Positions 1 to 9,945 of a stretch of 64,000 nucleotides of DNA are shown piece after piece; position 1 is the stretch's first letter, and every line of letters begins with the position of its first letter. Both the position numbers and the translations under genes were made by a program. Below the pieces are notes generated by a model. That model did no database searches, had not been told where the DNA came from, and was given only the letters and a program-made list of their open reading frames with translations. The stretch comes from an uncultured Candidatus Poseidoniales archaeon (GTDB taxonomy: Archaea > Thermoplasmatota > Poseidoniia > Poseidoniales > Thalassarchaeaceae), in NCBI GenBank assembly GCA_964645485.1, contig CAZXZO010000001.1, positions 2,711-66,710 on the forward strand, given 5' to 3'.

Positions 1-3000
1 AACCCTAACACCGATGGTGACGGCGATGGTCAGCCAGGTGGCTCAAACATATTGTGTACAACACAACGTACTTCCTATACTGGAAATAATGACTGGGATG
101 GCGACGGAATCCTCAATTTCGAAGATGTTGATGATGACAACGATGGAATTCCTGATTTCATGGATATTGACCCAGATTGTGACCTTGATAACGATAACGA
201 CATTCACCAGTTGAATGGTAGCAAGTACCGTGACGATGGTCCAAATGATGTTGATACTGACATTGACGGAGATGGTCTACAAAATGATGAAGATTGGGAC
301 GATGATAACGACGGAATCGCAGATTTATTTGACCCTGATGACGGTAACTGTGGTATTGTTGACCAAGATATGAGTGACAACTTCTACCGCTCATGGTATC
401 CTCTTGGTGATGGCGATGATTTGGATGGTTCTGGGGATTCCCAGCGCTATACAGATAACATCACCGACCACTGGAACATGACTTTCTTGTTCAATCCTTT
501 TTCAGTTGGCCAGAATTTTATTCTGAACTACAATGGATTTGACGGTACAACTAATCCTGCAACATCTGGTACAATTCCAGAGTTTTGGTGGATTTATCTT
601 TCCCGTTGGTCAAGTTGGAATGGTGATAATAAATGGGATATTGATGGCGATGGAGACACTCTCCAAAATGGCTTAGATATTGACCAAGATGCCGATGGAA
701 TGCCTGATTGGTGGGACCAAGATGAAGGAAATGATGGTATTATGGATGTTGACGACCCGAAGATGGGTGGAACACTTGATTTCGGTCAGTGTGGTTTCAT
801 AGTTCAGCCACAAGCAGTTTCTGGTGGTGCCTCAACAGGCCTTGTTTGTGGTTTTGAATATGCTTTACAGTATGGTTATCCACTCAGTGGGTTCGGTGCG
901 CAAATGGGTGTGCCTTACAGTACAAGACCAGACCAAAGTTACTCGGATGGTGCTTACGATGGGGCTAATTCGAATCAACAATGGAAATGTACCACACAAT
1001 GCTACCACTTCGAATTCGGACCGCAAGTATTCGCTTCCACTAACTTCACAGCCCTTGACCATAATCGTGATTTATTCACGGCTTGGATTGGATTGAAATG
1101 GCAGTTGTTTAACTGGAATCAAGATACAAATGGTAACTTCTTCCCAGATGAGTTTGCTGACCATTTAGATGATGAAGTAGACCCTGATGATGATTGTGGA
1201 CAACCAATCAACATGAATGGAACATGGATTAATCCAACCTGTATGTTCAATGATACCGCAGATTTAGATGATGATTTTGATGCTGTCTATGATTTATGGG
1301 ATGTTGATGATGATAGCGACGGTATTTGGGATTACTTTGAGGTAGATACCAATAACGATCTTGATGACGATGCCGGGACAGTTCCACCCGGCAATTTCTT
1401 CATAGGACTAAACTGTCAAGATAAGGATGACGATGGTCAAGATTCAGACCCCGATGGGGATGGTTGGTATCAAGCCGTTTGGGACAAAGGAGTAATGGGG
1501 CAAGGACTCTTATTCCCTGAATTTTATGATGTTGATAACGACAATGACGGCGTTCCTGATGGTGAAGATTGGGATGATGATAACAATGGTATTGCAGATG
1601 TGACTCAAGAGTTAGTCCCTGGCTGCTTTGATGGTGAAGAACAGTATATCTGGGACCACGACAATGATGGTGTGCCTGACTGGGGAGATGATGACTGGGA
1701 TGGTGATGGTCGCACTAACGCGCAAGAATTAGCCACAGCTACTCCACTTGTTTCACCTTGGGACCACGATAATGACGGCATCCGTGATGATGAAGATTTA
1801 GACGATGACGAAGATGGAATGAAGGATAAAGACGAAATTCTCCTATGGCCAACACGATATGGACGTGAATCCACCAACCCTTGGGACCACGATGATTATG
1901 GTAATGGTGAAGGGATTTACAATCCTCTGAATAACACCACAGGACCAGATGGCCAAGATCTTGATGATGATAATGACACCTACTTAGACGAAGATTTCGA
2001 TATTCTTGAAGAAGGGTCAACCAGTTTCCCATGTTACAATGGAAGTCAGTCTTCTGATTGGGACCACGACAATGATTGTTTGATGGATAAAGATGACAAA
2101 ATCCCGACAAGAGTCAATGTTTCTGTTGGTGACACGTTATGGATGGATGCTTCTAGCCCGGCCCTGTTTAGTGGATGGGTTGAATGGCTGAATATGTCTT
2201 CTCTCCAGTTCGAAGCGGCAGAAAATTTACCGGTTCAAGTTACAATTGAGTGGACAGATAATGGCACATTAGCACTAGAAACCGTTGATGTACTAACTAA
2301 TTCGTGGGGTCAATTTACTGTAGGTCAATTCTTGTATCCTGAGGATATTCATGTGGGTGATAACACAACTTACACGGTAACAGCAGAAGTTACTGAGATG
2401 TTTATCCACGATGGTTCAACATCTATACCCACTACTGTAGGAGTTAAGGCAAATCTAACTGTGGATTATGTTGCTTGGTTCTATTTCAGAAGCGATGAAC
2501 AGCCACTTTGGCTTGACTTCAAGGCGCATTACGACGCTGATTGGGACAGAGGATTCTTTGACCGTAGAATTGCAAACGCTCCAATTACTTTCGAAGTATC
2601 AGGTGGACCGTTTGGAAACCGTACAGTTCCAACTAATTTCACTGGCTTTGGAATGGGTTACAGGACCGACTCGAATGGTTGGGCTTCACTCACATTTGTT
2701 CAATCCGGAGGTATTAACGGAGTTTGGGAGCAAGTAGTTTGGAATTCAACTATGGACAATGGTCCAGGTATGTTGCCCGGTGGTTATGAAAAGGTGATTT
2801 GGGATAACTCGGCAAAAGCACACGTTGTTCAAGGAATTTACAATTACACTACTACATCTTTACCTGTAGGCGACTATGATTTCGTTGGCCGTGTAGAACC
2901 GGCGTTAGCAAGTGAATGGCCGTTCCCATACATGATTGGAGATGAAACAGATCCATTTTCGATGAAAGCGATGCATCGCATGTATGTTGAAGCAGAGATT

Positions 3001-6000
3001 ATTATTTCTGGTGACAACCCGGTTTATTTCTGGGATGCGACAGTGTTTACCGGCTCTAGTTTTGGAGCATGGCGAGCAGTGTACCTGACATCAGGATTAG
3101 CTGCTGCTGGTACTGATTACAACACAGAAAGTCTTGGCAAACCATGGCCAATGGAGTGGGATGGAAACAAGGCTACACTACTTGACGAAGCGGCTAGATT
3201 ACGTCCTTTCTTGAATCATAATGGAACCCACTGGTACATTACAATGCAGAATGGAGGCGATTTCGATGTGCCACCGTGTGGACCAATTGATGCCAATGAC
3301 CCAGACAGTGCTGTGCGTTGTGAAATAATTCCAGAGATGGATACTGGTGAGACATTCACAGTTATTGGAAATGTCACAAATCGAACATTCTTCCCGTGGG
3401 ACCAAGATGCTATGGCATTACAGGTTGATTTAGACCATAATGGGGAATTCCAAGGTTCACAAGAAACTGGATATGCTCGCAAGCCAACAATGATGGGTGG
3501 CGAAGCAGTGTTCAACTACAACTGGTCTTGGTACAGCCAATTCGAGGCTGCAACATACGGAGTGAAGGTTGACTTTACCAACTCAAATTACTACTTCACT
3601 GGTAATCAAACAACGGTGTTAGCACCAACCGGTGCGTATGTCAACATTTCAGTTGTCGGAACCACTGATTTCGAACTGAATACTGTTCCTCGATTATACA
3701 GAAATACAAACTCTACAGTTGAAGCACGTCTTGTTGACAACGCTCTGCGACCTGTCAAGAATGTCGCAGTCAACTGGAGTTGGTCTGCAACAGGAGAGAT
3801 GAATTCATCTGAGACAGATGCCAACGGTGTCTTCGAGATTCCAATGAACATCTCGTCAGACCACCAACTTGGAAATTTCACAATGTCATTTGAGTTCCCT
3901 GGAAATCCTTTGTTAAAGGGTTCAGCAGTTACTCAAGAATTCTGGGTGGTGTCTCAAACTTTCATCAACTTAGTGAGCGCTGAGTGTGCTGGTTCTAACG
4001 TGTGTGAGAGTGGAGATTTATGGGAGTTTACAGCCCAAGTTACAGATGATAATCGGACGCCGGGTATACGTGACCTAGGCTCTTCACTTTCAGGGGATGG
4101 GGAAAACGGTGGTAACGTTTCAGTCATCTTTGAAGGATATGACTTTGAGAATATTGCTCATCGTCAAGTGGTAGCCACATTGTCACCAAATGCTGGTGTG
4201 ATTCATCATGAAATCAGCCTTGACCCACAAGCACTACGTCAAGACCCAGCATCTTTCCTTCCCGAAGGATTTGGACCAGTAAATGTGATATTACGATTCA
4301 ATGAGAATCTTCCCAACGAAGGTTGTGAGATACCTCTTGAGGAATATCATTTGACACTTCCAGGACAATGGGACCCTTGTACAAATCAACCAGGCAATGA
4401 CCACTTCCGTAGAGTTCTACGCTCAGATGTAGATGGATTCTCTATGATTGGCAGAACTGTATTAGATGTAGATCAACAAATTGTGTACACCTCAGAGACA
4501 GACCCGAATACAGGTGAAGTCATCGAGAAGCCAATGGTAGTTACTGGCCGATTGTTGGATGAGTTAGGCTACAACCTGACCAACCGTCAAATCCGCATCT
4601 TCTACGAAATGCAAGGAAGTAGTGCTGGCCCAGTGTCTTGTGCTCCAGGCACAACTGACTTTGGCGGATTCTTCGAAATCACTTGTCCACTACAAGGCGT
4701 AATGGCAGGCCAAGCAAGAGTCACGGTTGACTACAACGCGTGGGAAAACAATGACCGTCAACGATACAAGAATCAATCCGTGACCCATCTATTCCCAGTA
4801 TTCTCAAACTCAAGTTTAGAGATAACTGCAGTTGGGCCATATCAGACTGATGTTGACCGGTACACATTCTCAAATGGTACAAGTTATCCAGTACTCTACC
4901 TGAAGGAGTCCTTCCACATTGAGGCATTCCTCAAGCAGTCGAATGGACAAGCAATTGGTGGAAAGTGTATCAACATCTACCTAAACCCTGACCAAAACAC
5001 ACGTCCAATTGCAACTGCCTTCACAAACGATGAAGATGGAGCAATCAATTGGTTCAGTGGAGACCCAGAGCAAAACCCCTCACGAAAGGGTGTTGAGCCA
5101 ATGGGTAATGAGTTGGAAGGATTCAGAATTCTCAGACTTGCTTACGAGCCTGATAGAGATGTTTCCAAGGGTTGTGACAAAGAGTCTTCAGCGGTTGTTA
5201 ACGGTTCATCAATGGATATCATTGTACTAGTCCGCTCTAAGGTCGACATGCAATTTGACGACCCATGGGAGAAGATTGATGGGTATCAGGAATACGAGGA
5301 AGTTAGTGGCAGTATTGCTGTGCTTCGTAATCGTATTGAGGCTGCAGTAGCAGGTCAGCAGGTGCACTTTGTGTTCCAGTATTGGAATGGTACAGATTGG
5401 ATTAATGAGTCTGTAGAAATTGAGACTACAAACGACCGTGGAATTGCTAATTTCTCTTACGAATATGCAGGTACGAATTGCGGTGACGTGACATGTGATG
5501 GAAAATGGAGAATTATCGCCACGTTCCCAGAATCTGCTCACTTTGTCGGTGGGGAGGACCTAGATGGTATAGTGTTCCTAGGTGATCCTCCAATCGATGC
5601 TCAGGGTGCTGCTTGGTGGACTCAACCAGAATTCTTGTTGCCAATTATTCTAGCGATGTTGTTTGCCATGATTATTGGTGCGGTGATGTACAAGCGTTAT
5701 GCTGAACGCCGCAGAATCAGTATTCTGCAAGGAATTTTGATGGGTACTATGATGCAATTAGAAGTTGCTAACGAGTATGTGGCAGTAATTTTCAACTGCT
5801 ACAAAGACTTGGTCAAGTTCTTCCGACAACATGGATTCATGAAGAAGGTATACGAGACTACGAGAGAGTTTGAGTGGGCTGTTCGCGAGGCTTTGCGAGG
5901 AATCGCTACGCCTTCGGAACTTGATGCATTCTTGTCAATCTTTGAAGAAGCAAGATACTCAGACCACCAGATTACTGTTGGTCACCGTGATAGAGCATTG

Positions 6001-6189
6001 CAGACTTTGCAAGGAATTACAACCAGTATTTCCCTAGCTCTAGGTGAACAACAACTCAGCCGAACTACTGACCATGATGCAGACATTCATGGCAACTTGG
6101 CGAAAGCCGGCGAGTTCGTTGATTCCGAAGGCAATATCAAGCAGGCTGGAATCGATGAGAACGACGAGTTGAGTAGTTTCAGTCTTTGA
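1..6189 (+). CDS. Giant secreted cell-surface protein, 5'-partial (>2045 aa). It has Asp-rich thrombospondin-type-3-like Ca-binding repeats and Ig-like/beta-sandwich regions. A C-terminal TM anchor is followed by a ~180-aa cytoplasmic domain.
   Basis: The frame is open from base 1 (track start 52 is TTG), so the gene continues upstream. Repeated DxDxDGxxDxxD motifs occur (WDHDNDGVPD x4). A hydrophobic helix LLPIILAMLFAMIIGAVMY is followed by KRYAERRR and a long tail. There are many N-x-S/T sequons. Confidence 0.8.
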   Translation, partial: NPNTDGDGDGQPGGSNILCTTQRTSYTGNNDWDGDGILNFEDVDDDNDGIPDFMDIDPDCDLDNDNDIHQLNGSKYRDDGPNDVDTDIDGDGLQNDEDWDDDNDGIADLFDPDDGNCGIVDQDMSDNFYRSWYPLGDGDDLDGSGDSQRYTDNITDHWNMTFLFNPFSVGQNFILNYNGFDGTTNPATSGTIPEFWWIYLSRWSSWNGDNKWDIDGDGDTLQNGLDIDQDADGMPDWWDQDEGNDGIMDVDDPKMGGTLDFGQCGFIVQPQAVSGGASTGLVCGFEYALQYGYPLSGFGAQMGVPYSTRPDQSYSDGAYDGANSNQQWKCTTQCYHFEFGPQVFASTNFTALDHNRDLFTAWIGLKWQLFNWNQDTNGNFFPDEFADHLDDEVDPDDDCGQPINMNGTWINPTCMFNDTADLDDDFDAVYDLWDVDDDSDGIWDYFEVDTNNDLDDDAGTVPPGNFFIGLNCQDKDDDGQDSDPDGDGWYQAVWDKGVMGQGLLFPEFYDVDNDNDGVPDGEDWDDDNNGIADVTQELVPGCFDGEEQYIWDHDNDGVPDWGDDDWDGDGRTNAQELATATPLVSPWDHDNDGIRDDEDLDDDEDGMKDKDEILLWPTRYGRESTNPWDHDDYGNGEGIYNPLNNTTGPDGQDLDDDNDTYLDEDFDILEEGSTSFPCYNGSQSSDWDHDNDCLMDKDDKIPTRVNVSVGDTLWMDASSPALFSGWVEWLNMSSLQFEAAENLPVQVTIEWTDNGTLALETVDVLTNSWGQFTVGQFLYPEDIHVGDNTTYTVTAEVTEMFIHDGSTSIPTTVGVKANLTVDYVAWFYFRSDEQPLWLDFKAHYDADWDRGFFDRRIANAPITFEVSGGPFGNRTVPTNFTGFGMGYRTDSNGWASLTFVQSGGINGVWEQVVWNSTMDNGPGMLPGGYEKVIWDNSAKAHVVQGIYNYTTTSLPVGDYDFVGRVEPALASEWPFPYMIGDETDPFSMKAMHRMYVEAEIIISGDNPVYFWDATVFTGSSFGAWRAVYLTSGLAAAGTDYNTESLGKPWPMEWDGNKATLLDEAARLRPFLNHNGTHWYITMQNGGDFDVPPCGPIDANDPDSAVRCEIIPEMDTGETFTVIGNVTNRTFFPWDQDAMALQVDLDHNGEFQGSQETGYARKPTMMGGEAVFNYNWSWYSQFEAATYGVKVDFTNSNYYFTGNQTTVLAPTGAYVNISVVGTTDFELNTVPRLYRNTNSTVEARLVDNALRPVKNVAVNWSWSATGEMNSSETDANGVFEIPMNISSDHQLGNFTMSFEFPGNPLLKGSAVTQEFWVVSQTFINLVSAECAGSNVCESGDLWEFTAQVTDDNRTPGIRDLGSSLSGDGENGGNVSVIFEGYDFENIAHRQVVATLSPNAGVIHHEISLDPQALRQDPASFLPEGFGPVNVILRFNENLPNEGCEIPLEEYHLTLPGQWDPCTNQPGNDHFRRVLRSDVDGFSMIGRTVLDVDQQIVYTSETDPNTGEVIEKPMVVTGRLLDELGYNLTNRQIRIFYEMQGSSAGPVSCAPGTTDFGGFFEITCPLQGVMAGQARVTVDYNAWENNDRQRYKNQSVTHLFPVFSNSSLEITAVGPYQTDVDRYTFSNGTSYPVLYLKESFHIEAFLKQSNGQAIGGKCINIYLNPDQNTRPIATAFTNDEDGAINWFSGDPEQNPSRKGVEPMGNELEGFRILRLAYEPDRDVSKGCDKESSAVVNGSSMDIIVLVRSKVDMQFDDPWEKIDGYQEYEEVSGSIAVLRNRIEAAVAGQQVHFVFQYWNGTDWINESVEIETTNDRGIANFSYEYAGTNCGDVTCDGKWRIIATFPESAHFVGGEDLDGIVFLGDPPIDAQGAAWWTQPEFLLPIILAMLFAMIIGAVMYKRYAERRRISILQGILMGTMMQLEVANEYVAVIFNCYKDLVKFFRQHGFMKKVYETTREFEWAVREALRGIATPSELDAFLSIFEEARYSDHQITVGHRDRALQTLQGITTSISLALGEQQLSRTTDHDADIHGNLAKAGEFVDSEGNIKQAGIDENDELSSFSL

Positions 6190-6212
6190 GTAAGTGCCAA
6201 CATTTGGTTGTG

Positions 6213-6234
6213 CAGCGGGCTTTGGCCCGCTGCC
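6213..6234 (+). terminator. Perfect 9-bp stem hairpin (GCAGCGGGC-tttg-GCCCGCTGC) just downstream of the giant ORF stop.
   Basis: The inverted repeat was read directly; it lies ~25 nt after the stop at 6189 and is followed by a T-containing tract. Confidence 0.5.
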
Positions 6235-6601
6235 TTCCATTAATGCCTATTTCCAGTATTGGCGGTAGCTTTGCTTAGACAAACAAATGACTGCTAGCCT
6301 GTTGGATGGGTACCGTTAGTATGGATGGTCGTACGAAGGGCTCCCTTTGCATTTAGCAAGTATGATTTCTTCTTTCATTCTAAGCGGCGCGTCAAGTATG
6401 TTATCTACGTGATTATAGAATATATTGAAGTATTAATTTTACAAAGATAGAATCCATTTTATCGACACAAATGGCCCAACCATGACAGAGTTTGTTCATT
6501 ATATCGCATTGACTGTTGAACTTTTGATTTCTCTCCTCCTGATGTTTTGGGGATACAGAATGATGAAGGAAAGTTGGATTAGACATAGGAAGTTGATTTG
6601 A

Positions 6602-6895
6602 ATGGAAATAATGCCTACTTACACAAAGTCTTGGACGGAAATTGAGTGGATGTTAGCAGAAGCTCAAGAACAAATGTTGGAGCAAAGAGCCAAGTTCAAA
6701 AATCGTAAACGAATTCGAGACAAGGAGGGTTGTCGTAGAGCGGCTGCTAAATTTGCCCGTGCCAAAGGCATGGTCGATGTATTGACTTGGGTTATTGGAG
6801 GAAAAGACGCTCCAGATCCAATGGCTGGGTTCGAAGAAGTCGGCGAGAGCCAGGTTATTGGAGATAGGTTTCGTTCCTATATGAACAGAATCTGA
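6602..6895 (+). CDS. Small basic hypothetical protein (97 aa).
   Basis: ATG-initiated ORF preceded by an AT-rich region. It is Lys/Arg-rich (KFKNRKRIRDKEGCRRAAAKFARAK). No family was recognised. Confidence 0.35.
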   Translation: MEIMPTYTKSWTEIEWMLAEAQEQMLEQRAKFKNRKRIRDKEGCRRAAAKFARAKGMVDVLTWVIGGKDAPDPMAGFEEVGESQVIGDRFRSYMNRI

Positions 6896-7048
6896 TTCCT
6901 AAATGCCAAGCAAGAAGAAGCAGTATCGGATGCATACGAAGGGTTCATCCGATTACCCTTAGCAATAATATGAGAATACGATGCGCTTGCAGTGGGTCGC
7001 TGCTAACGCTACCCATCCGACTGTTCCTTGCGCACGGTTGTTTGATGG

Positions 7049-7651
7049 TCAATGCATTCCAGACATATCTGAATCCATCAATTGAGTGTATCCAGATTGA
7101 GGAGAGGTCGCATTGAACCACATGCTCATCTCATGTGCGCTGTCCCACAATCCAATTCTAGCGGAAATAATGGTATTATTATCTACTAGTAATATATGTG
7201 GAATTGAAGAAACTGACACGTTTTCTGACAAAAATGGTCCGTGTAAAAATGGACGGTCTACCGAGCGATTAAGTTCATCTTCAATCATAAGTTGCCATTC
7301 GGTCATATTTGAGTTATCATTACCTGCTTGTTTGTTGAAGATTAGTAAATGATTTGACATAATTGACTGGTCTAGTGCATCTATTGTTGGCTTACAATGT
7401 GTGCACCAAGATGCAGAAAAATAGGCAACCCAACGCCCACTATCATTTGCAGAAGTCCCATTCCAATGTGTTCCGCTTTGATCAATAAAATCAAAACTTG
7501 GGAATTCACAACCGACATGCCATTCGGGGATATTATCTTCAGTACAAATCTCGATTGAATCCTCAATCATTTCCATTTCGGATCCAATGCAACCCGCGAG
7601 TGTGGTTGTCATCAGCAATACTGCAATCATTAGGGGTGCGGATTTACGCAT
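7049..7651 (-). CDS. Thioredoxin-fold lipoprotein (TlpA/ResA-like thiol-disulfide oxidoreductase).
   Basis: Lipobox-like signal (LMTTTLAGC) and a WCTHC CxxC active-site motif in a thioredoxin-like context (AYFSASWCTHCKP). Confidence 0.55.
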   Translation of the reverse strand: MRKSAPLMIAVLLMTTTLAGCIGSEMEMIEDSIEICTEDNIPEWHVGCEFPSFDFIDQSGTHWNGTSANDSGRWVAYFSASWCTHCKPTIDALDQSIMSNHLLIFNKQAGNDNSNMTEWQLMIEDELNRSVDRPFLHGPFLSENVSVSSIPHILLVDNNTIISARIGLWDSAHEMSMWFNATSPQSGYTQLMDSDMSGMH

Positions 7652-7753
7652 GTTCCTTCGAGGGTATTGGAGGTAATGAATCTTAACCTTTCACATTTTT
7701 CTTTAGGAAGAAAAAGTAGCTTTTCAGAGGGGTTGGTGATGTAGAAAAAAGAC

Positions 7754-8326
7754 TCATTCTTCTTCAGAATCACTTGTATCTTGTTTTCGCTCTTTGTAAA
7801 GCAAAATGATGATGGATAATTCAACTAATTTCGTTGTAATGCCTAGGTAATCTTCGGCAATGTAGTGTAAATCATGATTGGAAACAAAATATGCGACGAG
7901 CATGATTGTAACGACCAATCCTAATCCTAACCTAGCGATTTTCTCCTGCCATTGACTAAAATTGACGAATAAGGATAAGGCCAGAATTCCGATAACCCCA
8001 ACTCCACCTAACAGTAGAAGATTATCACTCAAACCCAACAAGATATGTACCGATCCTGTGAATGTTACGAGTGTGAAGACCAATGGACTTGAGAGATGTG
8101 TTTGAGTTTCAAGGACTCTAGTGATTAGAAAATATGTGGATACAGAAATTCCAATCGAAATTAGTATGATTTGAAAATTCGTGAAGGTATCAGTGCTTTC
8201 TCCACCATGGGCAGAAACTAATGGGGTTGACAAAATTGTAAGTACCCCTGACAAGGCCAACATGAGTCCACGAGCCTGCATATTACCACCTCGATAAATG
8301 ATATTGAAATAAGTTTGCAATTTCAA
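7754..8326 (-). CDS. Polytopic membrane protein, hypothetical. Likely start at internal MQARG (~8281).
   Basis: Signal/TM helices throughout and an acidic C-terminal tail (DTSDSEEE). Confidence 0.45.
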   Translation of the reverse strand: MKLQTYFNIIYRGGNMQARGLMLALSGVLTILSTPLVSAHGGESTDTFTNFQIILISIGISVSTYFLITRVLETQTHLSSPLVFTLVTFTGSVHILLGLSDNLLLLGGVGVIGILALSLFVNFSQWQEKIARLGLGLVVTIMLVAYFVSNHDLHYIAEDYLGITTKLVELSIIILLYKERKQDTSDSEEE

Positions 8327-8453
8327 AGGGCTTTCAGTGCGTCCTTCGATAGGCTACCGACGCTTGAGTTTCTCATCAGTGGGTATCACAAGAGATAATT
8401 TTAGGGATTAGTATTTGATGTAAGCTCTGTTGGAATGAATAGAGAGAGATATT

Positions 8454-8744
8454 ATGACAAAAACAACGAAGGAAAAAATCATCTCGTTCTCATTGATCAT
8501 ATCTGGAATACTTGTACTCATTACTGGGATTATCATGGTACAAACTGGATTTGCAACCTTTGATGATAACGAACCTAGAGTTGGAATCTACATTGGAGGC
8601 ATTTTTACAATAATAGGAGGTGTTTTCTTGACAGTTGGCGGAATGATATATCTTAATTTCGAGAGTTTGAAAAAGAAGGCTCTTCGTACGGCTAGCAAAG
8701 TTGCTGATGCTGTTGAAGAAGAGAGAAAACAAGAGAAAAAGTGA
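8454..8744 (+). CDS. Small membrane protein (2 TM) with a charged C-terminus.
   Basis: ATG start. Two hydrophobic helices are followed by KKKALRTASKVADAVEEERKQEKK. Confidence 0.4.
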   Translation: MTKTTKEKIISFSLIISGILVLITGIIMVQTGFATFDDNEPRVGIYIGGIFTIIGGVFLTVGGMIYLNFESLKKKALRTASKVADAVEEERKQEKK

Positions 8745-8809
8745 TGCTTCGTTAGAAGAGAATACAACTCAAGTAGGGATTCATTGATTCAATAGGAATT
8801 ATAATCGGT

Positions 8810-9061
8810 CTAAAGGAATCCCAAAAATCCTATGATTGGCTTAACAAAACCCCATAATCCACTGGGGTCAAGAATCCCCCATACTGCAAGTGCTGCAAAT
8901 ACATAGGGCAGTAAGACACTTGTCCAGAATGTTATAGGCCATTCTTCCTTTGTTTTCCAACCTTTCTGCTTAACAAAAACTCCGCCATGATAGAGGTTAT
9001 ATGTTGACCAGCCAAAAAGGCATAATGCTACAGGTAAGCCGAGTATAAGTTGTAATATCAT
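8810..9061 (-). CDS. Small membrane protein. It is a paralogue of 9215..9469 and shares the motif KGWKTKEEWP.
   Basis: Three hydrophobic segments. The GWKTKEEWP motif matches WGTKEEYP in the divergently oriented neighbour. Confidence 0.4.
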   Translation of the reverse strand: MILQLILGLPVALCLFGWSTYNLYHGGVFVKQKGWKTKEEWPITFWTSVLLPYVFAALAVWGILDPSGLWGFVKPIIGFLGFL

Positions 9062-9214
9062 CTCTACATCACGTTAACTAATACTAAATTGATTGAAGGT
9101 ATAATCTTTCAGTAATCAGAAGTATATACAAATTCATTCGGATAGGTTGCAAGAGGTCATCAGAAACCCCTTTTCTTTTTTCCCGATACAAAGTGGATTT
9201 AGTGGGCACATTCA

Positions 9215-9469
9215 TTGCTTACCATCTATATTTATGCAGTAGATTGTGGTGGGAAGAGTATGGACCTAACAACACTTGATTTCATCCGTATTACTATTGG
9301 TATGGTTATACTAATGTATGTAGCCAATTGTTTGCTCAATCAGAAAGTATGGATTCGCAAAATATTTTCTTGGGGAACGAAAGAGGAATATCCAAAGATA
9401 TTCCAAATGAACATCATTGGAGGATCATTGATTGGAATATTTCTGATTGCAAGCCCCTTTATGTGGTGA
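9215..9469 (+). CDS. Small membrane protein, paralogue of 8810..9061. Likely start at MDLTTLDF (~9260).
   Basis: Shares the K-x-W-x-x-K-x-F-x-WGTKEEYP motif with 8810..9061. Two TM helices. Confidence 0.4.
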   Translation: MLTIYIYAVDCGGKSMDLTTLDFIRITIGMVILMYVANCLLNQKVWIRKIFSWGTKEEYPKIFQMNIIGGSLIGIFLIASPFMW

Positions 9470-9501
9470 TTACCCACTAAAACAGGTATTCCTAAAGATA
9501 C

Positions 9502-9945
9502 TCAGAATTCGCCAGAAGCAACTAATGCTACACCCATCACTAGGTACAACAAAACTACGGCGAGTGTTAATCCGATGACAATCCATGAGATGATTTTTGC
9601 AGCCTTGGCACTCCCTGCATCTGGGTGCCCTGGATATTGGTCGGTTATGGCAAGTGCTTGATTAGCAATAATCAATCCTGGAATTGCAAGACAAATACCA
9701 CCACAGAAAATACTCAGGATTGAAAGAACGAGAGCAGTTGTTGCTGATGTGGCGGGTGCGCTCATACCAGGAATACCCATTCCTACTACGGGTTGAGCGG
9801 CTTGAGGTTGTCCCATAATCAATTGTTGAGGTGGTTGTCCATACTGTGGTTGTGGAGCCGCCTGTGGTTGAGGCTGCCCCCATTGGTCGGTGCCTGGTTG
9901 CATGGTTTTGGGAGTCTGCCGATGTTCAAAGTGGTTTCCACTCAA
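9502..9945 (-). CDS. Membrane protein with a Pro/Gln-rich N-terminus and two C-terminal TM helices (DUF4190-like).
   Basis: QPQPQAAPQPQYGQPPQQ low-complexity head. The hydrophobic tail carries a CGGIC motif. There is a 4-nt overlap with the upstream gene. Confidence 0.4.
   Translation of the reverse strand: MSGNHFEHRQTPKTMQPGTDQWGQPQPQAAPQPQYGQPPQQLIMGQPQAAQPVVGMGIPGMSAPATSATTALVLSILSIFCGGICLAIPGLIIANQALAITDQYPGHPDAGSAKAAKIISWIVIGLTLAVVLLYLVMGVALVASGEF

Noticed and set aside
14-394. Small ORFs 14..214 (+) and 158..394 (-)
   Set aside because: They overlap the giant surface-protein frame, which is open from base 1. His/Tyr/Arg-rich composition comes from GAT-repeat DNA read off-frame.
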